IMG/VR virus record: IMGVR_UViG_3300005764_000063
Location: 1-29,449 of that record
Reading direction: 5' to 3' (one strand)
DNA: 29,449 bases
Origin: a virus
Taxonomy: Duplodnaviria > Caudoviricetes
Position numbers and translations under genes: made by a program. The notes below the pieces were generated by a model. It saw only the letters and a list, made by a program, of their open reading frames with translations, made no database searches and was not told the DNA's origin. Shown here piece by piece: positions 16,952 through 25,721 of the stretch (within the stretch, counting starts at the first letter, position 1; every line of letters starts with the position of its first letter).

Positions 16952-17232
16952 CCCTGGGCCTCCTTACGGGCCTCACCGATGGCCTGGCCAGCCACTTCCA
17001 GTGACCGCTTCAGCACCCCCACCTTGCGCACGGCCTCATCCAGGGCCTGCTCCACGGAGAACGCGACATTGCCCGCACTCTTCCCGGCGTACACCTTGTT
17101 CTGCTCGCTCAGGACATGCGGCCCAATCAGGCCATTTATAAGCAGTGCCAGGGCCTTGGTAACTTCCTCCGTTGCCGGGCCCAGATCGTCAGAGACCCGG
17201 CAATACAGGGCCTTGGCCTCACGGACGTTCAT
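16948..17232 (-). CDS. Hypothetical protein
   Basis: TGATG overlap with the upstream gene. Confidence 0.6.
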   Translation of the reverse strand: MNVREAKALYCRVSDDLGPATEEVTKALALLINGLIGPHVLSEQNKVYAGKSAGNVAFSVEQALDEAVRKVGVLKRSLEVAGQAIGEARKEAQG

Positions 17233-17444
17233 CAGTGGTACACCTCCGCCAGCTCTTCGGTGGTACGCGGCGGCCCCACCACCACTTGCGCGGGCAGCCC
17301 CAGGGCCAGCCGGTCAGTGCGGTAGATCTCCCCGCAAAGCGAGCACATCCGGTAGGTGTAACCCGACTCGCTGGGCCTATTGCCGATGATGAACGTACGG
17401 CAGGCGCCAGGGGCGCAAGCAACGGCAAGCTCCAAAGTTTTCAC
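17232..17444 (-). CDS. Small zinc-ribbon protein
   Basis: GTG at 17444 after GGAGGTGG; CAPGAC...CSLC. Confidence 0.55.
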   Translation of the reverse strand: MKTLELAVACAPGACRTFIIGNRPSESGYTYRMCSLCGEIYRTDRLALGLPAQVVVGPPRTTEELAEVYH

Positions 17445-17471
17445 TGTTCCCACCTCCATGCATCTATCATC

Positions 17472-18191
17472 TCATGCAGGTTGACCTACGTCAAGCACAG
17501 TCTCTCTGATATTCCGCAGATACCGTGGATTGGTGACGATCTCGGCTTCGCCGCGCCGCGTGAAGTGTGCAATCACCCTGGACTTGGCTACCGTGGCGGT
17601 CATGAGGATGGGCTTCTCACCCTTCCGGCTGTCCAGCAGCCTCCGGGCAAACCATTCGGCCTTAGGCTGGCTCAGCGTCCAGGACCAGCCCATAGTGGTG
17701 CCTCTGCTAGTCAGGCCCCGGTGAACAACCAGCTCTTCCGGCAAGACGGCCAGGGCTTCCCGCTCCTCCTCAAGCATGATGCACTCACGGCCGGTCCTGC
17801 GTGAGCCTAGAAGTTGCGGCAACATGCACCCCCACTGCCAGGTATTTTCAGAGTCCGTCCACACGTAGCCTAGCAGCTCCCAATACTCCTGGCTGTTCAC
17901 CAGTGGGCGAATCTCCCAGAGCGCACTGCGGCGGTAGGGCCGCTCGTGCAGCTGCACAAAGAGCGGCCACTTCTTCTCCGCCATGGCCTGGCGCACGGCC
18001 TCACGCTTAGCCCGGTACTGGTCGTTGCAGCGCCAGGCCATGGAAGGCCAATACGGCACATCGAACACCCAGGGATGCTTGAGGCACTGCCCCAGTGGGC
18101 TGTCAACCAGATACGGTTCCAGCTCCGGAAGCAGTGCCTCACCTGCACGCCTGCGTGCTTCAGTTATCAGATCCGCTACCACTTCCGCCAC
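17472..18191 (-). CDS. Putative ADP-ribosyltransferase-fold protein (R-S-E type)
   Basis: LVVHRG / WSWTLS..KAEWFA / GEAEIV motifs in the canonical order. Confidence 0.5.
   Translation of the reverse strand: MAEVVADLITEARRRAGEALLPELEPYLVDSPLGQCLKHPWVFDVPYWPSMAWRCNDQYRAKREAVRQAMAEKKWPLFVQLHERPYRRSALWEIRPLVNSQEYWELLGYVWTDSENTWQWGCMLPQLLGSRRTGRECIMLEEEREALAVLPEELVVHRGLTSRGTTMGWSWTLSQPKAEWFARRLLDSRKGEKPILMTATVAKSRVIAHFTRRGEAEIVTNPRYLRNIRETVLDVGQPA
17478..17497 (-). promoter_or_regulatory. Promoter -35/operator repeat, copy 1
   Basis: TGCTTGACGTAGGTCAACCT, identical to 18351..18370; palindromic core TTGAC-N4-GTCAA. Confidence 0.7.
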
Positions 18192-18316
18192 CCGGTGGTC
18201 CGGTGGTCGGCGGCACCAACCTGGGTGCTCCTGAGCTGGCCGAACAGCAGCGCAACTCCCGCGATAGCGGCGAACACAACAAACCCAGCAACGATCTGAG
18301 CAAACACAGTGATCAT
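18176..18316 (-). CDS. Small membrane protein (46 aa)
   Basis: RBS GGAGGTGG; MITVFAQIVAGFVVFAAIAGVALLFG... Confidence 0.65.
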   Translation of the reverse strand: MITVFAQIVAGFVVFAAIAGVALLFGQLRSTQVGAADHRTTGWRKW

Positions 18317-18336
18317 GCTCTCCACCTCCATACCTC

Positions 18337-18370
18337 TATGGTACGGCTGAAGGTTGACCTACGTCAAGCA
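18337..18370 (-). promoter_or_regulatory. Housekeeping-sigma-type promoter with operator repeat, copy 2
   Basis: TTGACG-N18-TACCAT; a 20-bp repeat of 17478..17497. Confidence 0.75.
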
Positions 18371-18373
18371 AGC

Positions 18374-18406
18374 GAGAGCCCGGCCTGCCTCACAGACCGG
18401 GCTCTC
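18374..18406 (-). terminator. Terminator-like hairpin
   Basis: 10-bp stem GAGAGCCCGG/CCGGGCTCTC after the stop at 18431. Confidence 0.65.
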
Positions 18407-18430
18407 ATTACCTGCGTCCCTCCGCAGGAG

Positions 18431-19426
18431 TTAAGGAAGCGGGAACACCTCTCCCCGGAAGATATCTCCCGGCTGCTCTTCCGGAGTCTGGTCCAGCCAG
18501 TCCACGTACGAAGCGCCGGGCGGCTCCAGCTCATCGGCGGGAATGCTCTCCTCTTCAGGCACCGGAGTCTGCATCCGCTCCTGGTAAAACGCAGAGTCCG
18601 GATCTTCCGGCGAGCCGGCCGGGATAACCCGGATGCTCTCGGCCTCCATGGCCTGAGACATCTCAGCACGGGCCGTGGGCTGAACCGCCTGCTCTTCTGT
18701 GGCCGCTGCCTCGTCTGCCTTCTCCGCCGCGAACGGCTCAGCAGGGCTCCAGCCGATAGCCTCAGGCGGAGCAGTGAGTACCGGCTCACCCTCCATCACA
18801 GGAAGCTCCACAGAGTCCCCGGGAGGAACCTCGGTGTCTGGCTCTGAATCAGAGACAGGGAACCTGGCTGGAGCTACAGGGTGCAGCTTCCCGTCTTCCC
18901 CAAGCTCGTACCCCGCCTCGGCTTCGTCAGCCAGGGCCTGGATATCTCCTTCGGTCAGCACCTTCCCAGACGGGAGAGTGATCGGGCCTTTCACTGCCTC
19001 TGCTGGCGGGAGGCTCGTGGGAATGGGGTTGGACTCCTGCGAATGATCCGCCAGCCACGCCTCCGCTTCGGCCTCAGGCTTCATCTCCAGCACGATGGTC
19101 TTCTGCGGCTCAGGGGCGGCCTGTGCGGGCTTCTCAGCTGGTTTCCAGCCATTGGCCCGGGCCTTCAGCCATTCGTCCTTCAGCCACGCCATGGCATCCA
19201 TGTGGGCCTTAAGCGGATCCACCGGGGAAACAGCGCCCGGAACCGCAGACTCCGGATCCCATCCCTTGGGCACACGGTGGGTCTCCCCAATCCTCACCTT
19301 GCCAAGCTCCTCATCCGTGAAGTTGATGGTGAACTTGGTGGTCTGGGTCCTTCCAGTGGCTACGTCAACAACCTGCTCTTCCAGCTTCTCCCGGCTGGTG
19401 CCCTCGGGCTGGGCCTTCATCGGCAT
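18431..19426 (-). CDS. Acidic, Pro/Glu-rich low-complexity protein (~331 aa)
   Basis: RBS GGAGGAG before the ATG at 19426; the track's 587-aa version overlaps two real genes. Confidence 0.75.
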   Translation of the reverse strand: MPMKAQPEGTSREKLEEQVVDVATGRTQTTKFTINFTDEELGKVRIGETHRVPKGWDPESAVPGAVSPVDPLKAHMDAMAWLKDEWLKARANGWKPAEKPAQAAPEPQKTIVLEMKPEAEAEAWLADHSQESNPIPTSLPPAEAVKGPITLPSGKVLTEGDIQALADEAEAGYELGEDGKLHPVAPARFPVSDSEPDTEVPPGDSVELPVMEGEPVLTAPPEAIGWSPAEPFAAEKADEAAATEEQAVQPTARAEMSQAMEAESIRVIPAGSPEDPDSAFYQERMQTPVPEEESIPADELEPPGASYVDWLDQTPEEQPGDIFRGEVFPLP

Positions 19427-19467
19427 ACAATCTCCTCCCTCTCCGGGGAACCTTACACAATCCCGGG

Positions 19468-19821
19468 TCAGGATGCCCCAGCGGCGAGGTGTGCCAGGTA
19501 GGCCTTCTTCAACGCCCTGGGCATCTTGCCGGGCTGAACGTCCGGCCAGCCATTGTCGTTGCCCCACTCGCGGATCTCGGCATTCAGTTTCCGGGCAGCC
19601 GAGATCCCACCGGCCGGGGCTGACTCCTGGGCCAGCCCGGCACCGGAGATGCGGCGGCCAGCCTTGAAGTAGGGGGCCAGAAAAGCTGCCAGCTTCTCCT
19701 TGTTCTCCCTGGACAAGTCCAGCTCCACGGCGTGGCCACCGAAAGCCAGCCGCTCCGTGCTTGCGGCTTCCATGGTGCGGTCCAGGTCGTCTACGACCCG
19801 GACAAAGACTTCCCGTGCCAT
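19468..19821 (-). CDS. lsr2: Lsr2-like nucleoid-associated protein
   Basis: VDDLD...F...ELDLS.EN..KL...LAPY..AGRR oligomerisation domain and IREW...NG DNA-binding domain. Confidence 0.9.
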   Translation of the reverse strand: MAREVFVRVVDDLDRTMEAASTERLAFGGHAVELDLSRENKEKLAAFLAPYFKAGRRISGAGLAQESAPAGGISAARKLNAEIREWGNDNGWPDVQPGKMPRALKKAYLAHLAAGAS

Positions 19822-20327
19822 CAGGCATACCTCCCCGTGGACGGGTGGATGCTCTTGCTGCGAGCCTTCGCTGTTGCCTGCTTCGCAGCCAGCTTGACCT
19901 TCTCGGCCTTGCGCAGCGCGGGCAGCTCCGTGAACAGGTAGACGCGAATGATCCCGCGCTGATCCCGGGACAGATAGCCGTACTCCAGCAGCTCCGGGGG
20001 AATCCGGTACCAGGCCTCGTAGTCATAGACCGGCCGGGACCGGGAGATGATCCCGCCCTGGCCCAGCAGCTTGTGGATGACCGTGCCGCAGCGCTCCCCG
20101 TCCACCTCACGCTGGCAGGGCCCGGTGAGCTGGATGGTGGCCTGCTTACGGCCCTGCTCCCCGGCAGGGAGAACCTGGTGGCTGAGATCGCCACTGAACG
20201 GATCCGGGAAAACGTGCCCGCTAATCAGGCAGACAAGCTGCACCACCCGGGCTTCCGTCTTCATCCACTTGATGAACTGGCGCTGGCGGTGACGCTGCTC
20301 CGGATCAATAAGCCTTGGTGCAACCAT
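19821..20327 (-). CDS. Hypothetical protein, possible Zn-binding
   Basis: RBS AAGGAAGG; CLISGH...C...C pattern. Confidence 0.65.
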   Translation of the reverse strand: MVAPRLIDPEQRHRQRQFIKWMKTEARVVQLVCLISGHVFPDPFSGDLSHQVLPAGEQGRKQATIQLTGPCQREVDGERCGTVIHKLLGQGGIISRSRPVYDYEAWYRIPPELLEYGYLSRDQRGIIRVYLFTELPALRKAEKVKLAAKQATAKARSKSIHPSTGRYA

Positions 20328-20367
20328 GGACTACCTTCCTTGTCTGGAGATCACTTGCAATCTCCGG

Positions 20368-20631
20368 TTATACGGGAAGGCGTTCCGTCACAGTCGCTTT
20401 GAGCTGGCCGGTGAAGCTGTACCGGTGAATCACGCGCTGAACAGGGTGGCCGTTGCGGGCCAGGCGCTGCTTGCACCGCTGGCAGGCCAGCTCCAGCACA
20501 TCCCCATTGTCCGGCGACAGCCCGGAAAGCACCGCCACGGCGAACAGCGGGCCTGGGTGGCTCCGTCCCGTCCCGGATACCGCTGGCTCCGGGCAGCGGA
20601 ACTCCACCCGCCGCCCGGCAGGCGCGTTCAC
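20368..20631 (-). CDS. Small zinc-ribbon protein
   Basis: CPEP...H...LELACQRCK; GTGA overlap with the glycosyltransferase. Confidence 0.65.
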   Translation of the reverse strand: MNAPAGRRVEFRCPEPAVSGTGRSHPGPLFAVAVLSGLSPDNGDVLELACQRCKQRLARNGHPVQRVIHRYSFTGQLKATVTERLPV

Positions 20632-21863
20632 TGGAAAGCGCTAGCCTCAGCGCGGCGGTGATCTTCCTGGGCAGCAGTCCAGATGATCTCACCCTGGCGC
20701 CCGCACAAATCCCGGATGCGGCGGAACATGTCAGTAACCACCACCTCCCAGTCCAGCTGCTGTGGAATCAGGCGGGAAGCCAGCTCACCCCGGCGCCGGG
20801 CACCTTCCCGGTCCCGGAACACCTGCAGCATGACCCGCTTCAGCTCCGCCAGTTCCACCCTGGCACTGTGACACCCGTCCGGGTACTTGGGCACCACCGG
20901 CCGCAGCACGAATGGCACCTCATAACCCACGTCATCGTTCAGCCACATCTCCGGGCCGCCACGTTTGGTGTGGATCACAGTCCCGCCTGTGCTCATGAAC
21001 TCCAGGGCCGGAACGTTCTTGCCCTCGCCCTGGCTCGGGTACACCAGGCAGTGGTTGGCTGCGTAGAACTGCTTGAGGGTGGGATCGTCCCAGGTGTCAT
21101 AGAAGATCCGCACACGCTGGTCCCCGTCCTTGTTCAGAATCTCGTTCAGCTCAGGGAACAGCGGGCCGATGGTGGTATGGAATGACAGCCGGGCCCCATC
21201 CCGGTAGTCCTGGTGTTCCGCCCGCAGTTCCAGGTGGGCCTGCAGCACCAGCATGGGCTGCTTGCGGTTGTTCAGGGCCCCGTGCATAGCGAACCCGAAG
21301 TCCGGGCTGAACCAATCCCGCTCCACCGGGCGCCAGTTCTGGCTGTCATAGCCGCCCAGCAGAATCCCCCGGGCTACGTGGCTGGGCAGCAGCGGTTCCA
21401 GTGCACCCAGCGTCACCGGATCATAGGCAAGCAGCAGGTCGTACCACTTCATCCGCTTGGCGAACGTGCTCCGGTTCTTGCAGATCGGGTACAGCCCGCC
21501 AGCCTTGGGTGGCACTTTGACCGGAACCTTGGTCTTGCCATCCTCAGCCCAGCGCATCACCTCGGCAGGCTCAGTAGCGGGGCTGAACTCCCACATGGTC
21601 CAGGCCACCGCAAGGGCAGTGGCTTCCCGGGCGGGCTTCTGGATAGCCAGGTTCCCCGGATCCCAGTGATTGATGGTCAGGTCGAACGGGGCCACCAGCG
21701 GCTTGGCGAACAGGTGCAGCAGATCCTTGGGTATGGGCACGTCCACCCAAGTGGGCTGGACATAGACATCACAGCCCCAGTCCTTCAGCGCACGGACCAG
21801 GCCGTAGCCATCAGCGCCATACCCGCTGAACATGGAGTAGGGGGATTTCACCAGGACACGCAC
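20628..21863 (-). CDS. Glycosyltransferase, GT-B fold (GT4-like)
   Basis: SGYG, TMWE, NNRK and YPSQGEGKNVPALEFM (EX7E) motifs. Confidence 0.88.
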   Translation of the reverse strand: MRVLVKSPYSMFSGYGADGYGLVRALKDWGCDVYVQPTWVDVPIPKDLLHLFAKPLVAPFDLTINHWDPGNLAIQKPAREATALAVAWTMWEFSPATEPAEVMRWAEDGKTKVPVKVPPKAGGLYPICKNRSTFAKRMKWYDLLLAYDPVTLGALEPLLPSHVARGILLGGYDSQNWRPVERDWFSPDFGFAMHGALNNRKQPMLVLQAHLELRAEHQDYRDGARLSFHTTIGPLFPELNEILNKDGDQRVRIFYDTWDDPTLKQFYAANHCLVYPSQGEGKNVPALEFMSTGGTVIHTKRGGPEMWLNDDVGYEVPFVLRPVVPKYPDGCHSARVELAELKRVMLQVFRDREGARRRGELASRLIPQQLDWEVVVTDMFRRIRDLCGRQGEIIWTAAQEDHRRAEASAFQ

Positions 21864-21903
21864 TTACGGCTCCTCCGCTGCTTGGTAGCGGAGGAATCGG
21901 CGG

Positions 21904-22437
21904 TCAGGTAGGCACGCCCACAGCCCCGAATACCGAAACACCGTAGTAGGCGGTGGCCTTCACCAGCCCATCGCCATCAGGCTCTGGCAGAGCAGCTGGC
22001 TCAGTCAGCAGCTGGCATCCTGCAGTCCTGAGATCTCCCCAAAGCTGCATATCAGGGTCGGTACGGTGCAGGTGGAAGTTCAGGGTAGCGAAGCAGGTCT
22101 TGATCCGCTGCCGGGTAACCCCTGAGGTCTCAATGATGTTGTGGAACTGATCACGCAGCGGATCCGCCCAGATGTCCACCTGCAGCCGGTTGTAGCGCGG
22201 AGTGGTCAGCGGCTGGGGCTCTCCCCATCCGCCAGCATCGCAGCACACCAGGGCCAGAGCAGAGGAACCGTAGACGATGGACTGGCCTTCTGCCCGAATC
22301 AGGATGTCATCTTTGAAGATCCACGGCTGCCCGGCGAACCCGGGGTTGGTGTCGGTCTGCGGGAAGCTGCCCAGCAGTGCCGTGACATCCGGGTAGGTGC
22401 GCAGAATCTGGACCGCACCACTGGCCACGTCATCCAC
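21904..22437 (-). CDS. Tail terminator/completion protein
   Basis: Follows the gp10-like gene; RLQVDIWAD motif. Confidence 0.65.
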   Translation of the reverse strand: MDDVASGAVQILRTYPDVTALLGSFPQTDTNPGFAGQPWIFKDDILIRAEGQSIVYGSSALALVCCDAGGWGEPQPLTTPRYNRLQVDIWADPLRDQFHNIIETSGVTRQRIKTCFATLNFHLHRTDPDMQLWGDLRTAGCQLLTEPAALPEPDGDGLVKATAYYGVSVFGAVGVPT

Positions 22438-22439
22438 GG

Positions 22440-22823
22440 TCAGAATCCGTTCTCGCCACGCAAGAACCCCAGCACAGCAGCCTTGTACTGCTCTGGCGTC
22501 TCTTCATAGGAAGACTTGTAAAAATCATGCCCTCCTTCTGGGTGGTTTTGGGTGGGTTTGTCCTTTCTTGCTAGTTCAAAGATGCCAGGACGGCGGGCGT
22601 AGTGGATGGTGCCTTCCCACCGGTCTCCATCGAAAGAGCTGGTGGGATGACCAGAGGACTTGAGATACCCAGTGATGATATGCACGTCTTCCTGGGTCTC
22701 CATGAAGTTGCGCAGCATCACGCCTTCCAGGCGGAAGGTAGTGCCGTCAGAACCGGGGCCCCGGGCCAGCCGGTCCAGCTCACGAATCACCTGGGAGAAG
22801 TCCACCTCAAAACGGACACTCAT
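22440..22823 (-). CDS. HK97 gp10-like neck/tail component
   Basis: VHIITGYLKSSG...YARRPGIFE pattern; synteny. Confidence 0.7.
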   Translation of the reverse strand: MSVRFEVDFSQVIRELDRLARGPGSDGTTFRLEGVMLRNFMETQEDVHIITGYLKSSGHPTSSFDGDRWEGTIHYARRPGIFELARKDKPTQNHPEGGHDFYKSSYEETPEQYKAAVLGFLRGENGF

Positions 22824-23395
22824 GCCACACTCCCGGTGTCCGCACTGTGACCTGAATCAGACCCGTAGACAACATAGTTCTGGCCAGGTGGATGCGTAGG
22901 CTCTTGGGCGCTTGGAAAGGGCGTCAGTGAAGTGCTCTCAAGAGCTTGAGAGACTTCAATCAGTTGACATTCTATGTGGTGGGCACCTATGAAGTCCTGA
23001 GCCACTTCGGGAATCTGGCGCATCTCAAACGTGCCGAAAACTGGGCCAGTGACCATGACGATACGATCCCCAGACCGGACCGGCAGCCTGCCTGCATCAT
23101 CCGGGAACGGATCAAAGAACAGCAGCCCGACACGATCAGGAGCCCGGCCTGCCACCAAGGGCATGGGCGCATCCTTGCCGGGCCTGGTGAACTGCAGATC
23201 CAGGCGGCACTGGAACTGGCCGGGCACCCCCCAGTACGGATCTACCATGTCCGTAATCACGTTCCAGGAGATGCTCATGGCCCCGGTCGGCAGGAACGTC
23301 TGGGACAGCCGCATCACCTGGGCCACGCTGCGGTAGAGCGCCCGCTGCGGGCCTGGGGCCGGGATGCGCGGGCTGTACGGGAGCGGGCTGGTCAC
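22820..23395 (-). CDS. Head closure/head-tail joining protein
   Basis: GDRI...HHIE motif; synteny. Confidence 0.65.
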   Translation of the reverse strand: MTSPLPYSPRIPAPGPQRALYRSVAQVMRLSQTFLPTGAMSISWNVITDMVDPYWGVPGQFQCRLDLQFTRPGKDAPMPLVAGRAPDRVGLLFFDPFPDDAGRLPVRSGDRIVMVTGPVFGTFEMRQIPEVAQDFIGAHHIECQLIEVSQALESTSLTPFPSAQEPTHPPGQNYVVYGSDSGHSADTGSVA

Positions 23396-23398
23396 AGC

Positions 23399-23524
23399 TC
23401 AGCCCAGCTTTCCACGGCCAAATCCGAAGATGAGCACGAAGATCCCCACAATCTTCTCCCAGAGAGACAGGTGCACATCCGGGGCGTACTGCTGCTCATC
23501 AGGCCCTTGCGGCGTCTCAGTCAT
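23399..23524 (-). CDS. Small membrane peptide (41 aa)
   Basis: Fills the gap between neighbouring genes; WEKIVGIFVLIFGFG. Confidence 0.45.
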   Translation of the reverse strand: MTETPQGPDEQQYAPDVHLSLWEKIVGIFVLIFGFGRGKLG

Positions 23525-23525
23525 C

Positions 23526-24131
23526 TCAGATTCCTGAGTCTTGCGGGAACACCGGGCTGCTTATGCTGAACGGCACATCGAACTGCTCCCGCATCGCAGG
23601 CCCGAGCAGTACCATCCTGCCATCCTGCTGACGGATCTCCAGCGCGGCGTTGTCGTAGCGAAAGCTGTCATCCTCAAAAACTGTCACAGCCCCGGAGTAC
23701 ACTCCGCCAGCCAGTGTGCGTTTAGCCAGGTACTGCACAGCCATGTCGTAGAAGTCCACGTTGGTGCGCTCACCAGTGACCTCCAAGGCCGCAGCGTTGC
23801 GGGCCACTTCCTGCTGGGCCTTGCCGTAGGAGTAAGAACCGATCGTCTCGTTCATAAGCGGCGAGGCAATCACCTGCTGGTAAGGCTGGCGCAGGTAGAT
23901 GTGATCCGCCATGGCGAGAATCGCGTTCGTAGCCAGCTGCTGAGCGTCCGCTGTGCTGATCTTGTTCTCCAGCAGCGCGCCCAGATTCGGCCAATCATCC
24001 GGGGTCAGCTCAGTGGCGAATGTGAGCATGAGCGCTGACTGCATGATCGCGGCATTGGCGTACGCGGAGAAGCTGGCCTCGGGACGGCCTGTGAAGGTAG
24101 CCAGATCAGCGACTGTGGGAAGAGGCAGCAC
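23526..24131 (-). CDS. Head-tail connector/adaptor
   Basis: PTVADLA N-terminus and ETIGSYSY motif typical of gp15/gp19-like adaptors. Confidence 0.75.
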   Translation of the reverse strand: MLPLPTVADLATFTGRPEASFSAYANAAIMQSALMLTFATELTPDDWPNLGALLENKISTADAQQLATNAILAMADHIYLRQPYQQVIASPLMNETIGSYSYGKAQQEVARNAAALEVTGERTNVDFYDMAVQYLAKRTLAGGVYSGAVTVFEDDSFRYDNAALEIRQQDGRMVLLGPAMREQFDVPFSISSPVFPQDSGI

Positions 24132-24220
24132 GGTTATGAAATCGGGACGGGGCGCCTACGGCAAGCTAGCCGCGTGACGCCCCGTTCCTTCCTCCGTGCA
24201 CACGCTTGATAATACGGCAA

Positions 24221-24601
24221 TCACTCCGGATTTTGTGGGGCCGCGCTCAGCCGGTCTGCCTCTGCCTTGAACTGACGAGCAATCTCACGCGCCTCGTCCC
24301 GCTCCTTCACAGCCTGATCCCGCTCCTGGGTCCGGGCATTCAGAGCGGCGTTTGCCTGATTGCGCAGCTGCTCCTTCTCAGCCTGCAGCTGATCCTGCTT
24401 CTCCTTGCAGAGGTCATGGCTAACCGGGGCGCGGGCCTCAGAAGCACCCGCATCCTTGCTCCACAGCACATGCACGTAGGGAAAAGCAATCGTGCAGCTC
24501 ACCACATCCCAGCCCTCCTCGGAGAGCTGATCCATGTCCGTCATGCGGTCGCCCACGACGTTCTGGAAGTTGTGCTCGTGGAGCCGGAACAAGAGAGCCA
24601 T
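24221..24601 (-). CDS. Hypothetical coiled-coil protein
   Basis: Charged heptad C-terminus. Confidence 0.65.
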   Translation of the reverse strand: MALLFRLHEHNFQNVVGDRMTDMDQLSEEGWDVVSCTIAFPYVHVLWSKDAGASEARAPVSHDLCKEKQDQLQAEKEQLRNQANAALNARTQERDQAVKERDEAREIARQFKAEADRLSAAPQNPE

Positions 24602-24616
24602 GGCTATCCAATCGGG

Positions 24617-25678
24617 CTAGGCGAACATGGGGCGGGGCACTCCGCCGTTGCGGCGCTGCTCTGCAGCGTCAGCCTGGCGAAGCTGCTCCTCGGTAGGCCC
24701 AGCTACCTGACCTTTTCCGTCCAGGGAACCTAGAGGCTGGAACTGGGAGCCTGGCGAGATGTAGGACCGCTGAAACGGCCACGGTCCCAGCCTCCACCGA
24801 ATGCCTCCGTAGTAGTCCATCTGCTCTTGCTCAGTCCAGTGAATGAACCGCTGAGCCTCGTGCCACCGGGGAGATCCTTCTTCTAGCTTAATCTCCTGCC
24901 CGCGCATCCAGACGTTCCCGGCGAACGTCCACCCGGACTTGACCACATGGAACACCAGCATGGGCTTCGTTCCGGTGGGCGGCTCAAACACCAGAGGACT
25001 GTCCTCCCGGCCCCGGCGCAGCGCAGCAGCGTGCAGGCGGTCCCTGTCAGCCTGCTGCGCTGGAGTCAGCTCCTCATAAGGGGTGACCCGCGCAGACAGC
25101 TCAGCGGCCACCCCAGCGCCAGCCACGGGTGGTTTCAGGTCCGGGCGGGAATCACCGCACTCCATGCAGAACTTGGCGGCACCGTCGATGAGATGACCAG
25201 AATGGCAAGTCCAGTCGTCAGAAGTCTCCGCAATCACCTGGTAAGGGTCACCGCACTCCATGCAGAACTTAGCCCCGGATGGAGACTCGTGACCTTGAGT
25301 GCAGATCTGGACAGCCACCGCAGCTTCGTCATAGGCCGGAAACACAGGCGCCACATTCAAGGGAATCACCTGGGCGTCCGCAAAGTCAGGCTCTCCCATC
25401 TCAGCCAGCAGCTCAGGAACCTTGGGCGCGAACTCATCCTCTTCCCGGCCGGTGGCCAAAACTTCGTCATCCCCGGGCTCTGGCAGTTCAGGACCATCTC
25501 CGTACTGGTGGGTCTCGGTCTGGCCGGGTACTGGAATCTCCTGATCTTCTGCGAGCCGCTCCGCGAGCGTCGGCACCGGCTCGTAGCCGTCCTTCCAGGC
25601 GCGAACCGGATCCACCTCAGGATTGGCCTTGCTGACCGTAGTGCCGCGCTTGCCACCAGGATTGACCACTCTGCCCAT
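24617..25678 (-). CDS. Double zinc-ribbon protein
   Basis: Two CxxGH...AKFCMECG repeats; RBS GGAAGGAG. Confidence 0.75.
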   Translation of the reverse strand: MGRVVNPGGKRGTTVSKANPEVDPVRAWKDGYEPVPTLAERLAEDQEIPVPGQTETHQYGDGPELPEPGDDEVLATGREEDEFAPKVPELLAEMGEPDFADAQVIPLNVAPVFPAYDEAAVAVQICTQGHESPSGAKFCMECGDPYQVIAETSDDWTCHSGHLIDGAAKFCMECGDSRPDLKPPVAGAGVAAELSARVTPYEELTPAQQADRDRLHAAALRRGREDSPLVFEPPTGTKPMLVFHVVKSGWTFAGNVWMRGQEIKLEEGSPRWHEAQRFIHWTEQEQMDYYGGIRWRLGPWPFQRSYISPGSQFQPLGSLDGKGQVAGPTEEQLRQADAAEQRRNGGVPRPMFA

Positions 25679-25721
25679 GACTTACTCCTTCCCTGGCCCC
25701 AGGATAATCGCCAAGAGAAGA

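Noticed and set aside
18431-20194. 587-aa ORF as listed in the track
   Set aside because: Its N-terminal half overlaps Lsr2 and the upstream gene in another frame; a strong RBS supports a start at 19426.
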